Notes: generated from the sequence alone by a model not told the origin. A DNA stretch of 64,000 nt from Lama glama (GCA_028534125.1 CM052817.1:41542001-41606000), one strand, 5' to 3'; numbered from the stretch's first letter, positions 48,971-63,571 are shown. A program made the numbers and translations.

Positions 48971-51206
48971 CTCATGTGTAAAATGAGATAACAAATAGGC
49001 TCGCATCAATTGTAGAGAAGTAATGTGAATTTTCCTTCCCCAGACCCATCCCTAGAGAATATATACGTCTGAAAAATCTTTGATTTCAAAGCCTCTAGCT
49101 AAAACAGAATGATAACAGATTTTTACTCAGAAACTCAATTTCACATTATTATCTGCATACTTAGTTTATAGTGTGTTACGTGGCTCCGTTCTCTTCTCTC
49201 TGTTTCTCTCTTGATCTCTCTCCTTCAACCTAGCTCAGAAGAGATCAGAAATCAGGCTTTTCCCTTCTAATTCTCACCTGATGACTAATACAGCATCTCA
49301 GGGAGATCCCTAAAATATTGCTTTTTGGTGATGGTTTTAAGTGTGGGCCTAGATGGTTCAACATCATCTTTGACGGACTGAGAGAACAGGTACAAGTCTA
49401 ACATGATGAGAATTATAATGGGTTCAACATACACTAAAAGTGGAGAAAAGGTTTCATGAGGGAGATATTTGTGTAGAACTGCAAGATACAGTAGGGTTAC
49501 CCTGGGAGAAGAGGGAGAACAAAGGGTAAGACAGAATGTCAGAGAGGACTTAGTTGCACGAGGAAGGGCAGAAACCTGCGACGCACCCAATACAGCTGAT
49601 GTGGGTCAGGCTGAGACTACATCTTAAAAGGCAGACAGGGGAGTCTGTACTTCCTTGACTAGATAAGGAGCATGGGATAGTCAGAATTTTAAAAAGATTA
49701 ATGGGGTTAGGGGGAAGATAATGAGGAGGGGAGAGACTGGAGCGCAGTGGAGAGTACCAGGTTTCCTGAGCCTCGGTTTCCTCGTCTGCCAAGTGGGAAC
49801 AGAAATGTTCTCTTCTCGGGATTATGATGATCAGATGAGGCTTTGGACGTAACGGATATGCACCTGGCAGAGAGCAGATCTCAAGAGGGCGCTTCTCTCT
49901 TTCCAAATTCCTCTTAGAGTTGACTTTCAATTCCCCAAATAATTGCATGTTTCAGACAGAACTGGGAGCTGATAACATACAACTGGATGGAAAAGATGCC
50001 AGCGATCTGTATAGAAACAGATGCAAATTGTTTTCCTTAACAGGACTTAAGACAAGAGAAAGATGAGTGGGAGGCCGACTTGCTATAGAAAAACCGTCCT
50101 AGTCTGTAGGCTCTGACTCTCAGCATTCATGCAATTAGCACATCTTGACAGGGTGAAAGCGGCCACCCAGCCTCTCCCTTTGAAGGGCCAGAGGTCATTG
50201 ACAGCTGCTGCTCTGGCCTTTGCGGGTCTATGCTGCTTGGGACCAGCTGGGGGAAACAGAACCCCAGGAAGAGTGGTCGCTCAGTGATGAGAGCGCCGTT
50301 CCCTTTTCTTGTAAACAGTGAACACCCTTGAAGGCCCATCTGCACTGTTCCAATACATTCTGCACCTGGGTTTTTGTTTTCTTTGCTAAAGAACAGTTGC
50401 CTGGTACGCATCAGGAGTTCCCATCTGTCTCACAGTCAGTCATGGGGCTCTTGACTGTGTGCATTTTATCTGGGAATGAGTGACTCGATTCATTCCCACT
50501 CCAAAACAAAATCTCATCCTGGCCCCAAGTCTCAATATTATGAATGTTTCAGTGGCAGAATTGGATTGTAACCTAAAATACAAAATGATCTACCTACCCC
50601 AGACTTAGAAATGATACACTTCTTGCCTGGTCATTTAATTAAAGTCTCCGACTCCTTCAGACTTCAACTTGAGAATTTTTGGCAAACGGCAGTGTCTGCA
50701 AAAACACTGTTCCTCTGAAAATTCCAAAACACTTTACATTTGTCATTTGGTGAGCAATAGTGAAATTTGTATTTTATAAGTTAAAATAGCAGGAAACCAA
50801 GGAGGAAAATACTGGCCAATTTTTGAAAGCCAGAGAAACAAATGGGCAGATAATTTAGGAATCCAGAAGCCCCCAACATCTCATTCTGTCAACTGAATCT
50901 ATGTCATGTCTCTTTGCAGTTTGTGCCTGAGTGGTTTTTGTTGGATACAGAGTGTTATGCCTTTCCCACAGGAAGGAGCATTTGATTAAGGGGTGCACTT
51001 TGGCCCTTTTCTCAAGGAAGAGAAGACCAAAGAGGTTTCTTGTCCTGCCTAGAAATTCTGCCTGCTAGCTAATTTGCATGAAAATATGTCTGCATGGCTC
51101 ATTGGAGGTAGCTGAGCAAAGCTGGACCCCTATGTAGAGCTAAGAAAAGTACGGTTTAAAGAAAGCTGTGGCCTGAGTGGACAACAAAAAGTGTTGCTAA
51201 ACTTCA

Positions 51207-51220
51207 CCACTAGGTGGCAG
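51207..51220 (+). promoter_or_regulatory. Candidate CTCF motif ~16 kb upstream of BMP3
   Basis: CCACTAGGTGGCAG, an exact fit to the CTCF core consensus. Confidence 0.6.
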
Positions 51221-51764
51221 ATCCTCTAGACAGGAGGAGGATTCCTGTTCCCTCTTCCGGGTTCTACCACAGGGTTGGCTGTGTGATGTGGAAATCCAGT
51301 CAAGAGCCCTCAGCCGAGAAGACACAGTGACTCCCAAGTGCCTTTTTACAGTGAAGGGGGGCCATTGAAAAACAGTGCAAAACAGGTCTTGACATTTACT
51401 GCTCAGTGTGCTTAGATGAGCAAACTAACAGATACGGGCGACAGAAAGACTATATGTACTTTTGACAAAATTGTATTTGGTGTGTCTCTGTCCAAGTATC
51501 TTTCTTTACCCTTTAAATGGGAGACACTGTGTACCTCACAGTGTTGCCGTGAGAGTTAAGCGAAACAACCCTTGAAAGGCTACCCGGCACAGACTAGTTC
51601 CTCCATAAGTATTTGTTCACAGACTGACTGAATTAGTCAACAAGCAAAGTAGACAAAGTTCTTCTGAAATGTCTTGAATTGAACATTGCCTTGTCCAAAG
51701 AAAGGGAAACTTAAAAAATACCTTACAAGAAAATAAAATAGATAAAAATCTTTTTATAAGATAC

Positions 51765-51798
51765 AAATATATATGTATATATGTGTGTATGTGTGTAT

Positions 51799-51833
<35 letters not shown>

Positions 51834-51851
51834 CAGTTATATATATATATA
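51765..51851. repeat. Compound (TA)n/(TG)n microsatellite
   Basis: Seen directly. Confidence 0.9.
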
Positions 51852-54800
51852 GTTTTCTCTAGGTCCTGGATGAAAGTCTATTGTAAATGCAAGGACCATG
51901 GTAATTCACTATTATTATGTCCTATTTTGTTTGAGCTGTTGTTTCTTTGAGGGCTCTGTAGTTGCAGGTGATGGAAAATCAAGTATAGATTGCTCAGTAT
52001 TCTTTAGATATTTAGGAAAAATTGTGGTCAATAGCATAAATCCATTTTTAAGTATCTGGAATAATTAAATGAGTCCATTCCATGTTTAAGATAGCTTCCA
52101 GGATTCACATGGGAAGACACTTTCATTTTATCATAAAAAAAAGGCTATAAAAATGGAAAGAGTAGGATATATGATGAGCATAATACAGTCTTAAAAAAAC
52201 GTTTCTCCAAATTCTCTCAGTTATGTTCAGGTACTTTCACATTTCAGTAACCAAATCCATTAAAAACAAAATGAACTTTATGCACGATATAGACCCAACT
52301 ATCCCCACTCTGCAACTGGATTCATTTTGCAGATTGCACAACTGCAGTATAACTTTTCATGTGTTTCAAAACAAAGTCTCCTAAAATATCTCCCCAGTAA
52401 GTCAAATTATATGTGTTTTTTTGGCTTATTTGTTCCTTTGATGGTAAAATTCCCTTTTTGTCCCACTGACTGCATTTTATACACGATTTTCACTACATTT
52501 CTCTTTTCAGTGTCCTGATAAGGTAGGTTCACCATGAAGATGAAGACTCTGAGACTCTGAGAAGCCATTTGTCCTCAGCCACACAGCTGTTCTAACTGGG
52601 CAAAATCCTGATCCTTCGACAAATTCAACACTCACTCACTCAGCAAGGCTGTAAGTTTCTGTGTAGTTTTAGGAAACTGAATTTGGATATGAATTAAGTG
52701 AGTTTTAGCTAGAAAGAGGACTGCTGCTCAAGTCCTAGGTCAAGTCCAACTGCAGAAAGAGTAAAGGAACTTATACTAGGCAGGGGGGGACAGGAATTAA
52801 AAAAAGGAAAGATATTTGGAATAAGATAAAAGGGAGGGAAAAAATAGAGGAGAAAATGAAGGGAGGCGGTGGGAGGAAAGAGCCACACAGACCACTTCCT
52901 TGGAGTTTGCTCCCTTCCACACCCACAGATCTCATAATACATTTCCTTGCTCCAGCCACGTACTTCCACAGAATAGTCGACCTCAAATTACAGTACTTAC
53001 CACATTATATTATATTACTTGTTTACCCATATCCTTGTTATTTAGTAAACCCCATAGAAACAGGCAATATCATTCACATCACTGAGACTGGTACGTGATA
53101 TGCACTTATTAGATACATTTGGAATGCAGCCATAAATAGGTAGAGAAGAGAATAATACCTTAGGCTGCTTGGATGCCACTAAATTTTTCCCACATGTATT
53201 CTACAGGCAAGGGATTTGGAAGCTGGAATGTTTGCTTGAAGGTGGGTCAGAAATGACTGGATCCTTAAGGAGCTGGCATTTGGACTGAGTCAGTATTTGC
53301 TATTATTAAAAAAAATGTAATGCATATTGAACATCTTAAATGAACTGAGAGGACAAGTTCCTCTCTATTGAATTTTGGATTATTTTCTGAATGATTGCTG
53401 ATTATGCTGTTTCTTCTTGGTAGAGTTTTCAAACTACAATTGAACAGGATTCATGTTATACTCATGTTAGAAAATGGATTTACTTCATAGTATTGAATAT
53501 TACAATTTGGCAGTGGAAAGTTTATTTCTTTTTCTCCACTAATTTGATTTAGAAGCCCCTGTTTCCTTCCCCTGTAATAACAATGGCTCTCATGTTTTTG
53601 ATCTGTGCCCGAGGTCATTATACCTCAAGAGTCTTTATGCATCTTTTCTATCTTGTTTTACCTCCTGAGTTTTAAGACGATCTCTATTAAAATATTAGGT
53701 AATTAAATAAGAAAGTAGGTGAGGACAAAAATGTCTCTCCAGGAACAAAAACAATTTCTTTACTTGAGTTTTATGTTATAACTTATAAGAAATATTTGAA
53801 CTTTTTAGAACCCTAGAAAAAATTTTTTAAGATCTTGGTCTCTCTCCTATTTAAATCTTACTTAAGCTGGAAAATAGGCACCTGTTTTCAGATGACAGAA
53901 AATCATCAAATGCAACTCTTCAGCTTATTCTAGGTGTTAATTTTTTTGACTAAGTTGTATAATATGGATCATGCTCTTAATATCAAACTCAAACAAGGAG
54001 ATGGTTTGGGTTTTTTTTGTGAAACTTAGAATCCCTTTAAAATTCTGCATTTCTGAGACACTGATCCTAGTTTACCTGGTGAATAGTCCAGAAATGTCTT
54101 GATTAATGAAGAAGTCTTTGAATTATATTAAGCTTGGATTGAAAGACAGTTGCGTGTATGTGTGAGTGTGTGTGTATGTATATATGTATCCTGTTCTTTG
54201 ACAATGCCTTTTCAGTTGTAAAAATGTCTCAGTGGGCATCTGCTGATTGTGCATGCTAACATAGAGTCATCTACAGGTAGGGTAGGGGAGGGCCTGGGAC
54301 GTCTGAAGAGGAAGCAAATTTTATAAACAAGATTGAGGGCAATAAGTACCTATTTTCTGAGCAAGAAGATGCAGGCAGAGGGCAAATGTGGGTGGGTGGA
54401 AAGGATCCTACCAGGAATGATCTTAAAAGAGATCTCATTTAAGAGGACTGCCTTGAAGGGCCATGTCACCTCAGTAGAAGGCTGGACCCTCTGAGACCAA
54501 AGGCTGAAAGAATGACCTAAGCAGCCAAGTAGCCAGAGACCAGAAGCTCAAAATTCTGACCTCAAAAGAACCCCACAAGAGAAGAGTCAGAGTGATTTTG
54601 CAGCCACCACAGTCACAGGGAACCAATGCCAGGTCATCACTGCACCAGGTACCTAATGCTGTGTCCTCTCTCCCTGACCTCCTTCCATTCGAACACCCAC
54701 CTTAGAAAGACCAGGAACAGCAGCCACTGAGTTGGGGAGGAGGACCACAAGAGTGAGGCAGGAGAACAGGCTAGAAGCCAGTCATGCTCCTCTGTTCCTC

Positions 54801-57209
54801 TCCTTCATTCTAGTTTTCCAAGCCTGAAGCTAGCCATACGTAGTCTTGGGGTTGGGGAAATGCAGCGTTACTATATTTTAACTTTTTTACTACTTCACTT
54901 TTAAAACACCTTTGTGAACATCCCTCCACAACCATCTGCCTAAACATCTTCATTGCTACCTCTCTACAAGGGTAATGAACAGCCTAGAAATAGTAGACAT
55001 TCAAACTTTTTAGAAACTGCATATTAACAATGTAAATATACATACAATGATAAAAATGATGTGTCACTTCCCTTACTGCTCAAACAAATGCATATGCTAT
55101 TACTTCCAAATATAATCTTTTTCTTTAGCATATTGCTGTTATGTTGATGTAGACCCAGAAACTGACAATCAGCTACTCAGAGAAGGTATAACTAGCCCTT
55201 TTTAGAAATTAGAGGGATTGAAATCCAATAAGATACATCTGCTTTTTTGAGATTTGCTTTTCAAACTTAAGATAATTTGGATCCATTTCAGCATCTTCTC
55301 TAATTTTCAGCAATCTCAGACTCACATAGAAGTCACACTAGAAAGCAGAAGATAACACTTACATGATATACATGTATTATGATTTTTTCCACGAGAACAA
55401 CTTTTTGCAGCTAGTGTTTTTGTTTGTTTTAAGGTATAATCCCCCCACCATTTCATAATATCACTTGTACTGTAAAGAGAAAGGCAGTGGGGTTAGGAGA
55501 GCAACTGTTACAGCTGAGAATAAATCCCTCCAGGCCTAAGTATCCATTGGCTCTCAAAGCAGGTTCAACTCTGACAGCCGTTCCCGCAAACTGAACCTTA
55601 CCAGGTGCTTTTGGTTGAATGTAATTCCTAATACTACTTTTTCTTATAACCATTTTGCGACACTACCCAGGGAGATGGCCAAGATCTGTGCTTCTATGAC
55701 ACATGGCTGCCCTCAGTAACTTATTCATTAGCTTTGATTTCTAATCTATTGTTAAAGTCTATCTCTGAAAAGTTTGAGAAGTGGGGAGATTTTCCGGAGT
55801 TTAGCCCATGAATCACCGGAGGAAACTGGCATATGACTTTCTGAAATTGTGTAAGTCTGGCTACAAGTCATAATCTTGAATCTCTCACATCAAACAAGCA
55901 AACAAAAAGCATCAAAGTACACCCAGCTCTATATTCCTTCTTTGGGGCAAGGGAAAGTCTTCTTTCTTTTTACGTGCACACATAAATCAGATAATGAGCC
56001 CATTCTCCCTCATTTCCTCATAAAATCCTTCTCCTTTTGTCTTAATACCAAATTCCAGCCAACTGACTCTGTTCTCTCCGCCTCTTGCCCCTCAAACTTC
56101 TAATCTCGTGTTATGCTGCCGTAAACAGACCCATATAATGAAAGATTCCCCAGATTCCCCAAGTTGGGGGACCGTGAAACATATTCACACCCAGACCACA
56201 TCTATTTCAGAATATGTTCATCAGATGTGGATGCTGCAGAATTATCGACGCTCACAGTTTGCAGTGGGACAGAAACTATTTGAATGGGTTCAGATTCTTA
56301 GTTTCACTATGAGAAAACTTAGTTTTTTGGCCTCCTGGAGTTAATTTACTATGTGTATTGTTTCCATCATTAAGTATAATAGGATTGACCTGTTGCAAGT
56401 GTTTGGATGGACTGACTGGCAGGTTTAGCCAAATTGGCTTGTCTATCTTCTGTTGGCAAAAACACCATACAAGGCTCAGAAAGCCAGAGACAGAATAGGA
56501 TTTCAGAAATGAAGCTTAGTTTTTATGTAAACCCTGCGTAAGACTGTCCCCAACATGGGGAAGTAGACCAGCCTATTTAGAATGTTGCCATCCAGTGTTC
56601 GAATGATATATTACAATTTTAACCTATCATACACCACAAGAACAGACAGATTATCACTTTACCAAAGATGTACAAAGCTAAGTGCCCTCAAAATATAAAG
56701 TGTGATTCTATCTATGTCTTTGTGCTCAGAAAAGAAGAGCATTTGCAAGGCTGTGTAGACAGCCAGTAACTTACAAAGGTAAGGTTTAGGCTATAGTCAG
56801 AGGTCACTACCCCTAAGGTTCCTGAACTCTCCAGGACACCGTTGTCCTCAAAATTTATGAGTATTAGAGGACATAGTATCCAAAAACACTCTGAAATAGT
56901 GCTTGCATGTAATAAGGATTCAGCAAATATTAATGCCTTTTCTTTTGCTAAGTAAAAATATATAGAAACGACTCAGTGGTACAAAAGCCATTTCCATACA
57001 TCTTGTTTATGTATTAATGACATGGTTGGGCAAAATTTTAGGAAACGTTTCAAATTCAAAATCATACTAAGTTTTACAGTTTTAGCTCTTGGATAACTTT
57101 CAGCTGCTCCATGAAGATGCTGGGCTGCTATGTGCAAGTCAACATAATAAAGTACGCTTTTGTCCCACGTCTGCAATGAACTCTGTGCCACTTACTAGGT
57201 TTAATATTG

Positions 57210-58220
57210 TTTAATGCCATCACCACTTTCCCAGTTTCCCAGGCTAAAGATCACTAGGTCATCTGCAATTTCTTCCTCCCTCATAGCCAATAGGTCTCTA
57301 AATCATGTTAATACTGTTTCCAAAATATTTCTCACATCTGTTTTCTTCTTTCTAGACCTCTGTCACTGCCTGATGATTCCTTCATGAATTATTACAAGTG
57401 CCCCATGAGTGACCCTCTTGTCTCTCATCTCCCCAGTTCCAACTGATCCATTACCCTAAGCAATTATCACTGTCCTGCAGCTCAAGAATTAACCCAGCCT
57501 CTCTTTTCCTCTCTTTGGTCCCATGTCATCTAATCTACAAATTAAAATGTCCTTTCTTCCATTTCTTCTTACCTCTATCCTACTGATAGTTCAGCTTGTT
57601 CTGTCTAGTTTTCCCAGGTTTGTCAAAACCGAATACAAACGCACGGGTGGAGCACGAGGCCGTCCGTGGTCTGGTTGCTGTTCACCTCTCCTTCACGTCC
57701 CGCCAGGCACATCCTCCTGCAGACACTTCGTTCCAGCAGGTCTCGTCGTCTCAGAGTTCCTCAAACACATCCTCTTTTCTAATTCTTTCATTGTAGGTGT
57801 CTTGCCTCTGCCTGGCTATTTCCTTCTTCTTCATGAGGACTTGCCTTAGGTATCACCTCATCCAGAAATCCAATCTAGGTGCTTCTTTAGACCATCAAAT
57901 AACCTTGTGAAAACTTCCGTCACACTCTTTATCCCACTAATTAAAATCATTTAATTATCTATTCCTACTACTATATTCTCAGTTTTCAGAACTTCTTAGA
58001 AGTTCTCAGAAGCAGGCCAATTTACCAAAAGTTGAACCACTGAAAATAAATCATTGAAAGCCAGTCAGCCCCTTAGTAAATTAAGCAAGTATGAGTTGGC
58101 TTAAAAGTTAAGCTTCTGGAGGGCAGAGCATTATATTATTAATTTTAGTGTCCCTAATCCCTAGTCTAGTGCCAAGCAGAGCAGGCATTCAACAAGCGGT
58201 CTCCCCAGTAGAATTGAATT
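57210..58220 (+). mobile_element. L2 3' region remnant
   Basis: Pyrimidine-rich L2 ORF2/3' UTR motifs (ttcctcaaacac..., tatcacctcatccagaaa, aagcttctggagggcag...ctagtgcc...ggcattcaacaa). Confidence 0.6.
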
Positions 58221-59579
58221 ATTTCTTTGTTAATGTCTCCCAAATGTGGTTCAGTCCAACAGCAATGATTTTCTTATTTCACAGAAATATCACTTTCCAA
58301 CAGAGCCATTTTAGGGGTAGAGTCGATCTTCTGTAGGAATAATGAAATTATTTTGTACGTCGAGAAGGTGATTCTCTTTTCTGAATCTATTGAACCCACT
58401 TTCTTGTCCCTTTTCTTTTTATGACTCCCACATCAGCCCACATAACTTGCAGATTTTTTGCCTCAAAAGTCCCAAAGCCAAGGAGGACATTCTTAAAACT
58501 TTCTTGTGGTTATCATTTCTGGGGAAATCATTCCCCTGTCATCCATATGTTTGGCACATTTGTCTCACTCTGTCTGCCTAAGGCTCTGGGCTGACATTGT
58601 TTAGAAGCAACAATATTGTCATTTTCAAAATATGGAAAAATAAGCATATCAGAGAAAAAAACATTGGAACATCCTTAAAGAACCGTATCGACCGTAGGGG
58701 TATTGTTCAGACTACAAGAATGCTCATGGTTTAAAGATTATCTACAATGTTTATTGCATTGTTATGTCATAGACCCAGATGATATTGTTATATCAGAAGA
58801 TTTTTATTATGACTGCCTCTTAAGACCATAATATGATATTTACTCTTTAGTACCATAAAGCTAATTCAATAAAATTAGTTTAAAAAATATCTGAAGTGTT
58901 CCTTTTAAAGCAGATCAGATATGTTACACTAATTCTTCTTTAAACTAGTCAAGAGGAAATGATGTAAATGTGTGCATTTTCTATACTTATTTATTCATTC
59001 TTTTATTCTTTTTGTTCACCAAAAAAATTCTGGAGTATTTATTTAGTGCAGTGACCTGAACTCAGCGCATTAGAAGTTCAAAGATAAAAGTCAAGATTCT
59101 TGCTCTTGAAAACCTCATTGATTTAATAAGGACAAAACAACATTTCTGCCTAAATATGGTAGAAGGAACTAAAACAAAATTAAAAGACATAAACTGTGGT
59201 AAAGAAAGCACAGAAGAGAAAGATGATTCATTTCCCGCTAGAGAAATCAGAAAAGGCCACTTAGAGGAGATGGTAGTGGATTTTGAATTTGAAGAACAAC
59301 TAGAATTGCAGCAAGAGGAGATGAAGAGGAAGTGATTCCAGACAAAAGACGTGCAAAGGCACAGAGGTGGGAAAGTGAAAGACTGATTTGGGGAGTAGCT
59401 TAAGTAGGTAATGGTGAAGGGAAATAATGGAAGTTGTCTACAATAAAATTATAAATTCTTTTGTATGTAATGTTGAGTCATTTGAATTACACTTGGCAGG
59501 CGAAGGGTTGCTACAGAGTCTTGAGCTAGAATAAGAGAATAGGGATGTTCTTAAATTGATTAAACTAGCAGCACATGAG

Positions 59580-60110
59580 TATTCATTCATTTTCCATTGC
59601 TGCCGTTGCAGACTAATGTAAATTTAATACCATAACAAAGAATTACTATCTTATGTTTCTGTAGGTCAGAAGTATGAAACAGGTCTTGCTGGACTATAGT
59701 CAAAGTGTCTGTAGGACTGTGTCCATTTATGGAGGCAGTATGGGAGAATGATTCCCTGCATATTCCACCTTTTTTTTTTTTTTATTTTGCCATTTCCAGC
59801 TTCCAGAGGCTACTTGCATTCCTTGTGGCCCCCTCCCTCCGTCTTCAAAGCCAGCAACCTTACATCCTTCTGAACCTTTTTATTTAGTCACATTGTTTTC
59901 AGATCACGTGAGGAACGCTTCTCTAACTTTAAGAATTTGTCATTAGGTTGGGCCCACCTGAATAATCCATGAGGATCTCCCTATCTAAAAGTCCTTAACC
60001 TTAATCACATTTCTGCAAAATCCCCTTTTTTCTATGTAAGGTGACGTAGCCACAGGTTCTTGGGATTAGGACGTGGCCTTATCTGGGGGTCACTATTCTG
60101 TCTTTCACCA
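59580..60110 (-). mobile_element. MLT1 (MaLR) LTR within an L2 remnant (~58990-60470)
   Basis: ttccattgctgc...ttctgtaggtcagaagt...ttccagcttccagaggct...tcttcaaagccagcaa...gggcccacctgaataatcca...ccttaaccttaatcacat...gggattaggacgtgg. Confidence 0.8.
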
Positions 60111-62111
60111 TGCAGGTGGACTGAAACTGGAAGGAGGCTTGTCTTGAGAACAAATTAAGTGGCTTTTGATCTGGCCTAGGTAAGGGACAGGATGGGATTG
60201 GGCTAGGGCGGTGGTGGTGAGAATGTAAAGAAGGAGCTGACACATGATTGGAGATCTACTAGACAGACTTTGAACTAAGCAGAAGTTCTTGGATATCAGA
60301 GGATGATGTCAGTGGGAAGAGAAATACCAGGAGAAGGAGAAAATTTAAGAAGAAATACGAATTCCATTTTGAATTTGTTGAGCTTAATGTGTCAGTGAAT
60401 TATTCAGGCAGAAAAATTCAACAGGCAGTTGATAACATGCATCTGAGTTTTGGGAGACAGGTTGAGGCATAGAAATCTAGTAAAAATATATGTTCCTGTA
60501 TCAGGAAACTACACATACCCCTACTGACTATATGGTATAACAACTGAGATAAAACATCTTGATGTAAAATTCATTATAAAAATAAAAAATAGTTTGTATC
60601 TTGCCAAATGAATGCAGTTAATGGAGCAAAGTTGGTAGTCCTTATACTGGACTCTAATTTATAATATTTTCTTATTTTATGTTGTCAGCTTTCAGAATGA
60701 AATGCAAAAATACGAGTTGGCATTTAACATTTCCGCCCTAAATTTCATTATGTTTAGTAAATTTCTTTGGCATTTTTGAAGTGGTTGCATTTATTTCAAA
60801 GAAACAGATCAAAATCTCAAGCGCTGGAATCTCGGTCTAATAGCAGGGTATTGAGGTTTGCTTCTCAAAAATGCTAACAGTTGAGATAGGATCATCTGTG
60901 TTTAATTTGGGGTTCAGCCACCTCTTTCCTGGCCCCGCGCCTGTGTGGTTCTGCCATTGCCTGCTGATGCTCCACTGAAGCTGACAGAGCATCAGGGTAA
61001 GTTTCTACTGGATGACAGGAAGAATTCTGCACTTTTGGGTATTTTTGAATTGTTCACTAACCATAAAAAGGACAATTAAAAGAAGACACAGTACTAGAAA
61101 AAGAATGTATTGTTTGAAGAGGAATTTAACCTTAGAAACATTTTTCTCTCTTTTCAATGTTTTATTGCAAGTGGTTGTTTCAGGTCTTATATCAGTTAAT
61201 TCTAACGATAATGTATATGATTATGCCTTTTTTCATGTGGGGAAACTGATGACTGGAAAATTAAATTGTGATTTCCTTAAAATAATTCAGCTAACAAGTG
61301 AATAAACCGGCACACAAATGCTAGTCTCTTGAGTTCAAAATCATTGCTCCTTATATGATATGACAATTATTCCTTGGTCTTGGAAGCACAGTTTAAGGTT
61401 AGAGAATAATGCTATTCTTGGCTGTTTCTTTGTCTACTGTCTGTGTTTCTCACTGGAAGGTAAGATCCCTGGGAATCAGGGGCTTTGACTATATTGTTTA
61501 CCGCTCCAGTTCTGGGGCTCAGAAGACGGCCTGGCACATAGTAGGTGCTTAGTAAGTATTTGTTAGATGGATGAATAAACAAAAATACATTTCAACAATG
61601 TCATTGCTAAGGTAGTGACTGTTCATTTTTCTAGGCCCTTCACGGTGTGTGACAGTTTCAGATGTAGGCCTTCAGGTAGGATGAGCTGCATGCAGAACCA
61701 CCAGGGGAGAACTGGAGGAGTACTCACAAACTAGCCCTAAACCCATCTGAGTGGGAGGCCTCTGTACAATATTCTAAACAGTGTACAACTACAGTCAAGG
61801 AATTAGGACATGTGAGAGCTGCACAGCTGAAGAAGGGCCCAGAGCGGCTACAGAGCTTAAGTAAATTGCAGGGGGTAGAATGTCAGAAAATGAACTTGAA
61901 TCTTCTAAGGCTAAGGCTGGTGAAAGTTTCTGGGATGTGTTGGTTCTCCATGACATGGGAGAAGGAAGGCATATGGTACCTTTTTACTTTGCATCACAGC
62001 TCTGGCTGGGCAAAGTTATAGTCAGCAATAACAGTTGCAGAATTTAGAAAATGTGCCTTTACGTACAGGAATTCAAAATTGTAGGCTTTTGTCACTTACA
62101 TTTCCAAAATC

Positions 62112-62318
62112 CTTTTTTTTTTGGTGTTCGATTGATTGATTGATTGATTGTTTTTATTGAAGCATAGCTGATGTACAATACTGTGTTTGTTTCTGGTGTC
62201 CAGTAAAGTGATTCATTTATACATATGTATACTTTTTAATATTCTTTTCCATTATGGTTTATTACAGGATATTGAATATAGTTGCCTGTGCAATACAGTA
62301 GGACCTTGTTGTTTATCT
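62112..62318 (-). mobile_element. L1 3' end (older artiodactyl-type) with a (GATT)n-containing tail
   Basis: ttttattgaagcatag...ggatattgaatatagttgcctgtgcaatacagtaggaccttgttgtttatc. Confidence 0.8.
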
Positions 62319-63060
62319 TGAAGGTTTTTGATTCCCTGACGGACCCCCACCATATGTACCTGATTTTCTAAGTTTTCAGCTTCCTTAGTACACTTTGGAC
62401 TTAGACTGGAATTTCTCATCATCCATCTTATAGTGATAATTTGAAAGAAACACTAGCCAATTTAAAAATAATTGGCAAATTAAAAACTAAAAATTTTGTT
62501 TATAAACCCACTGATCTTTTAACCTTGACATGTGGTTATAACTTTCATAGTAAGTGCATTTTTTTTCATCATTACATGCCAGCTATGGTGTTAATAAACT
62601 GCCAAGAAAAAGCAGAATTATTTTTCAATTTTAAATATTACTCATTACATAATCAGATTAGTAAATACCTACTTATTTGATTTCCTGAAAGAAATAACCA
62701 TAACACATTACTGGCTGAATGTTCAGATTTTTTTGGAAGGAGATTATTTCTGAGAAGAGGAAATCTTTCAAATATTGTTCTCTTTTCAGTTATGAGCCAT
62801 TTGAATAGTAAATGAAATACTGTTCTTCTTTAAAAATTGACAGTTGTGTCTTTAAGAATAGATATTATTAAAATAAGAACTATAGTGGCAAGGATTTGGA
62901 GAGCCAAAAGGAAGGTTTGAAAGCTGGTAGTATTCACTGATCTATATTCCAAAGTGTAAGAACAAAGCAAATTAAATTTTGGAGAAATTAAGGATCCAAA
63001 CTGATGAGGTGAGAGAGAAGTAGAAGTGGAAGACTAACATCACAGTTACCAGGTGTCCAC

Positions 63061-63178
63061 GTCTTTCTTTTTAATTTTTTTTTTTTTTTTTGCTGTTTAA
63101 GGAGTTACTGGGGATTGAACTCAGGCCCTTGCACATGCTAAACATGCGCTCTACCACTGACCTAGACCCCACCTCCCT
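63061..63178 (-). mobile_element. tRNA-Ala-derived SINE (camelid vic-1-like), second copy
   Basis: Minus strand ...GGTCAGTGGTAGAGCGCATGTTTAGCATGTGCAAGGGCCTGAGTTCAATCCCCAGT plus poly-A; TSD CCAGG(T/C)GTCCAC at 63049-63060 and 63179-63190. Confidence 0.8.
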
Positions 63179-63571
63179 CCAGGCGTCCACTTATTATGCA
63201 CGTGTTGATAGGCTACTGAAGGCTGAAACTTACCAATGAGAAAACATTGCTTAATTGTTTTATGTTTATTTTTTGTTTGTCATTAACTGATAATTATGTT
63301 TCTTATTACTATGCAAGTAACTTACAACTTAAAGTCTTCAGGGAGGCTGGTATTAAATGCTATCACACTAAGAGGACTTGACACAGTTTTCCTAACCTTA
63401 TAAACACTAAATCGGAAGATCTACTAGGGAACCTCTACTAATTAAAGTCTGATGAAGTGGATTGAAATTGACAACCTGTTATCAAAAGCAAATTTGTTGA
63501 ACTGAAGGAAGATTTGAGGTGCTTCATCCGTCCACTGTTATGGCCTCACTACACAAAGGCACAAACTATAC

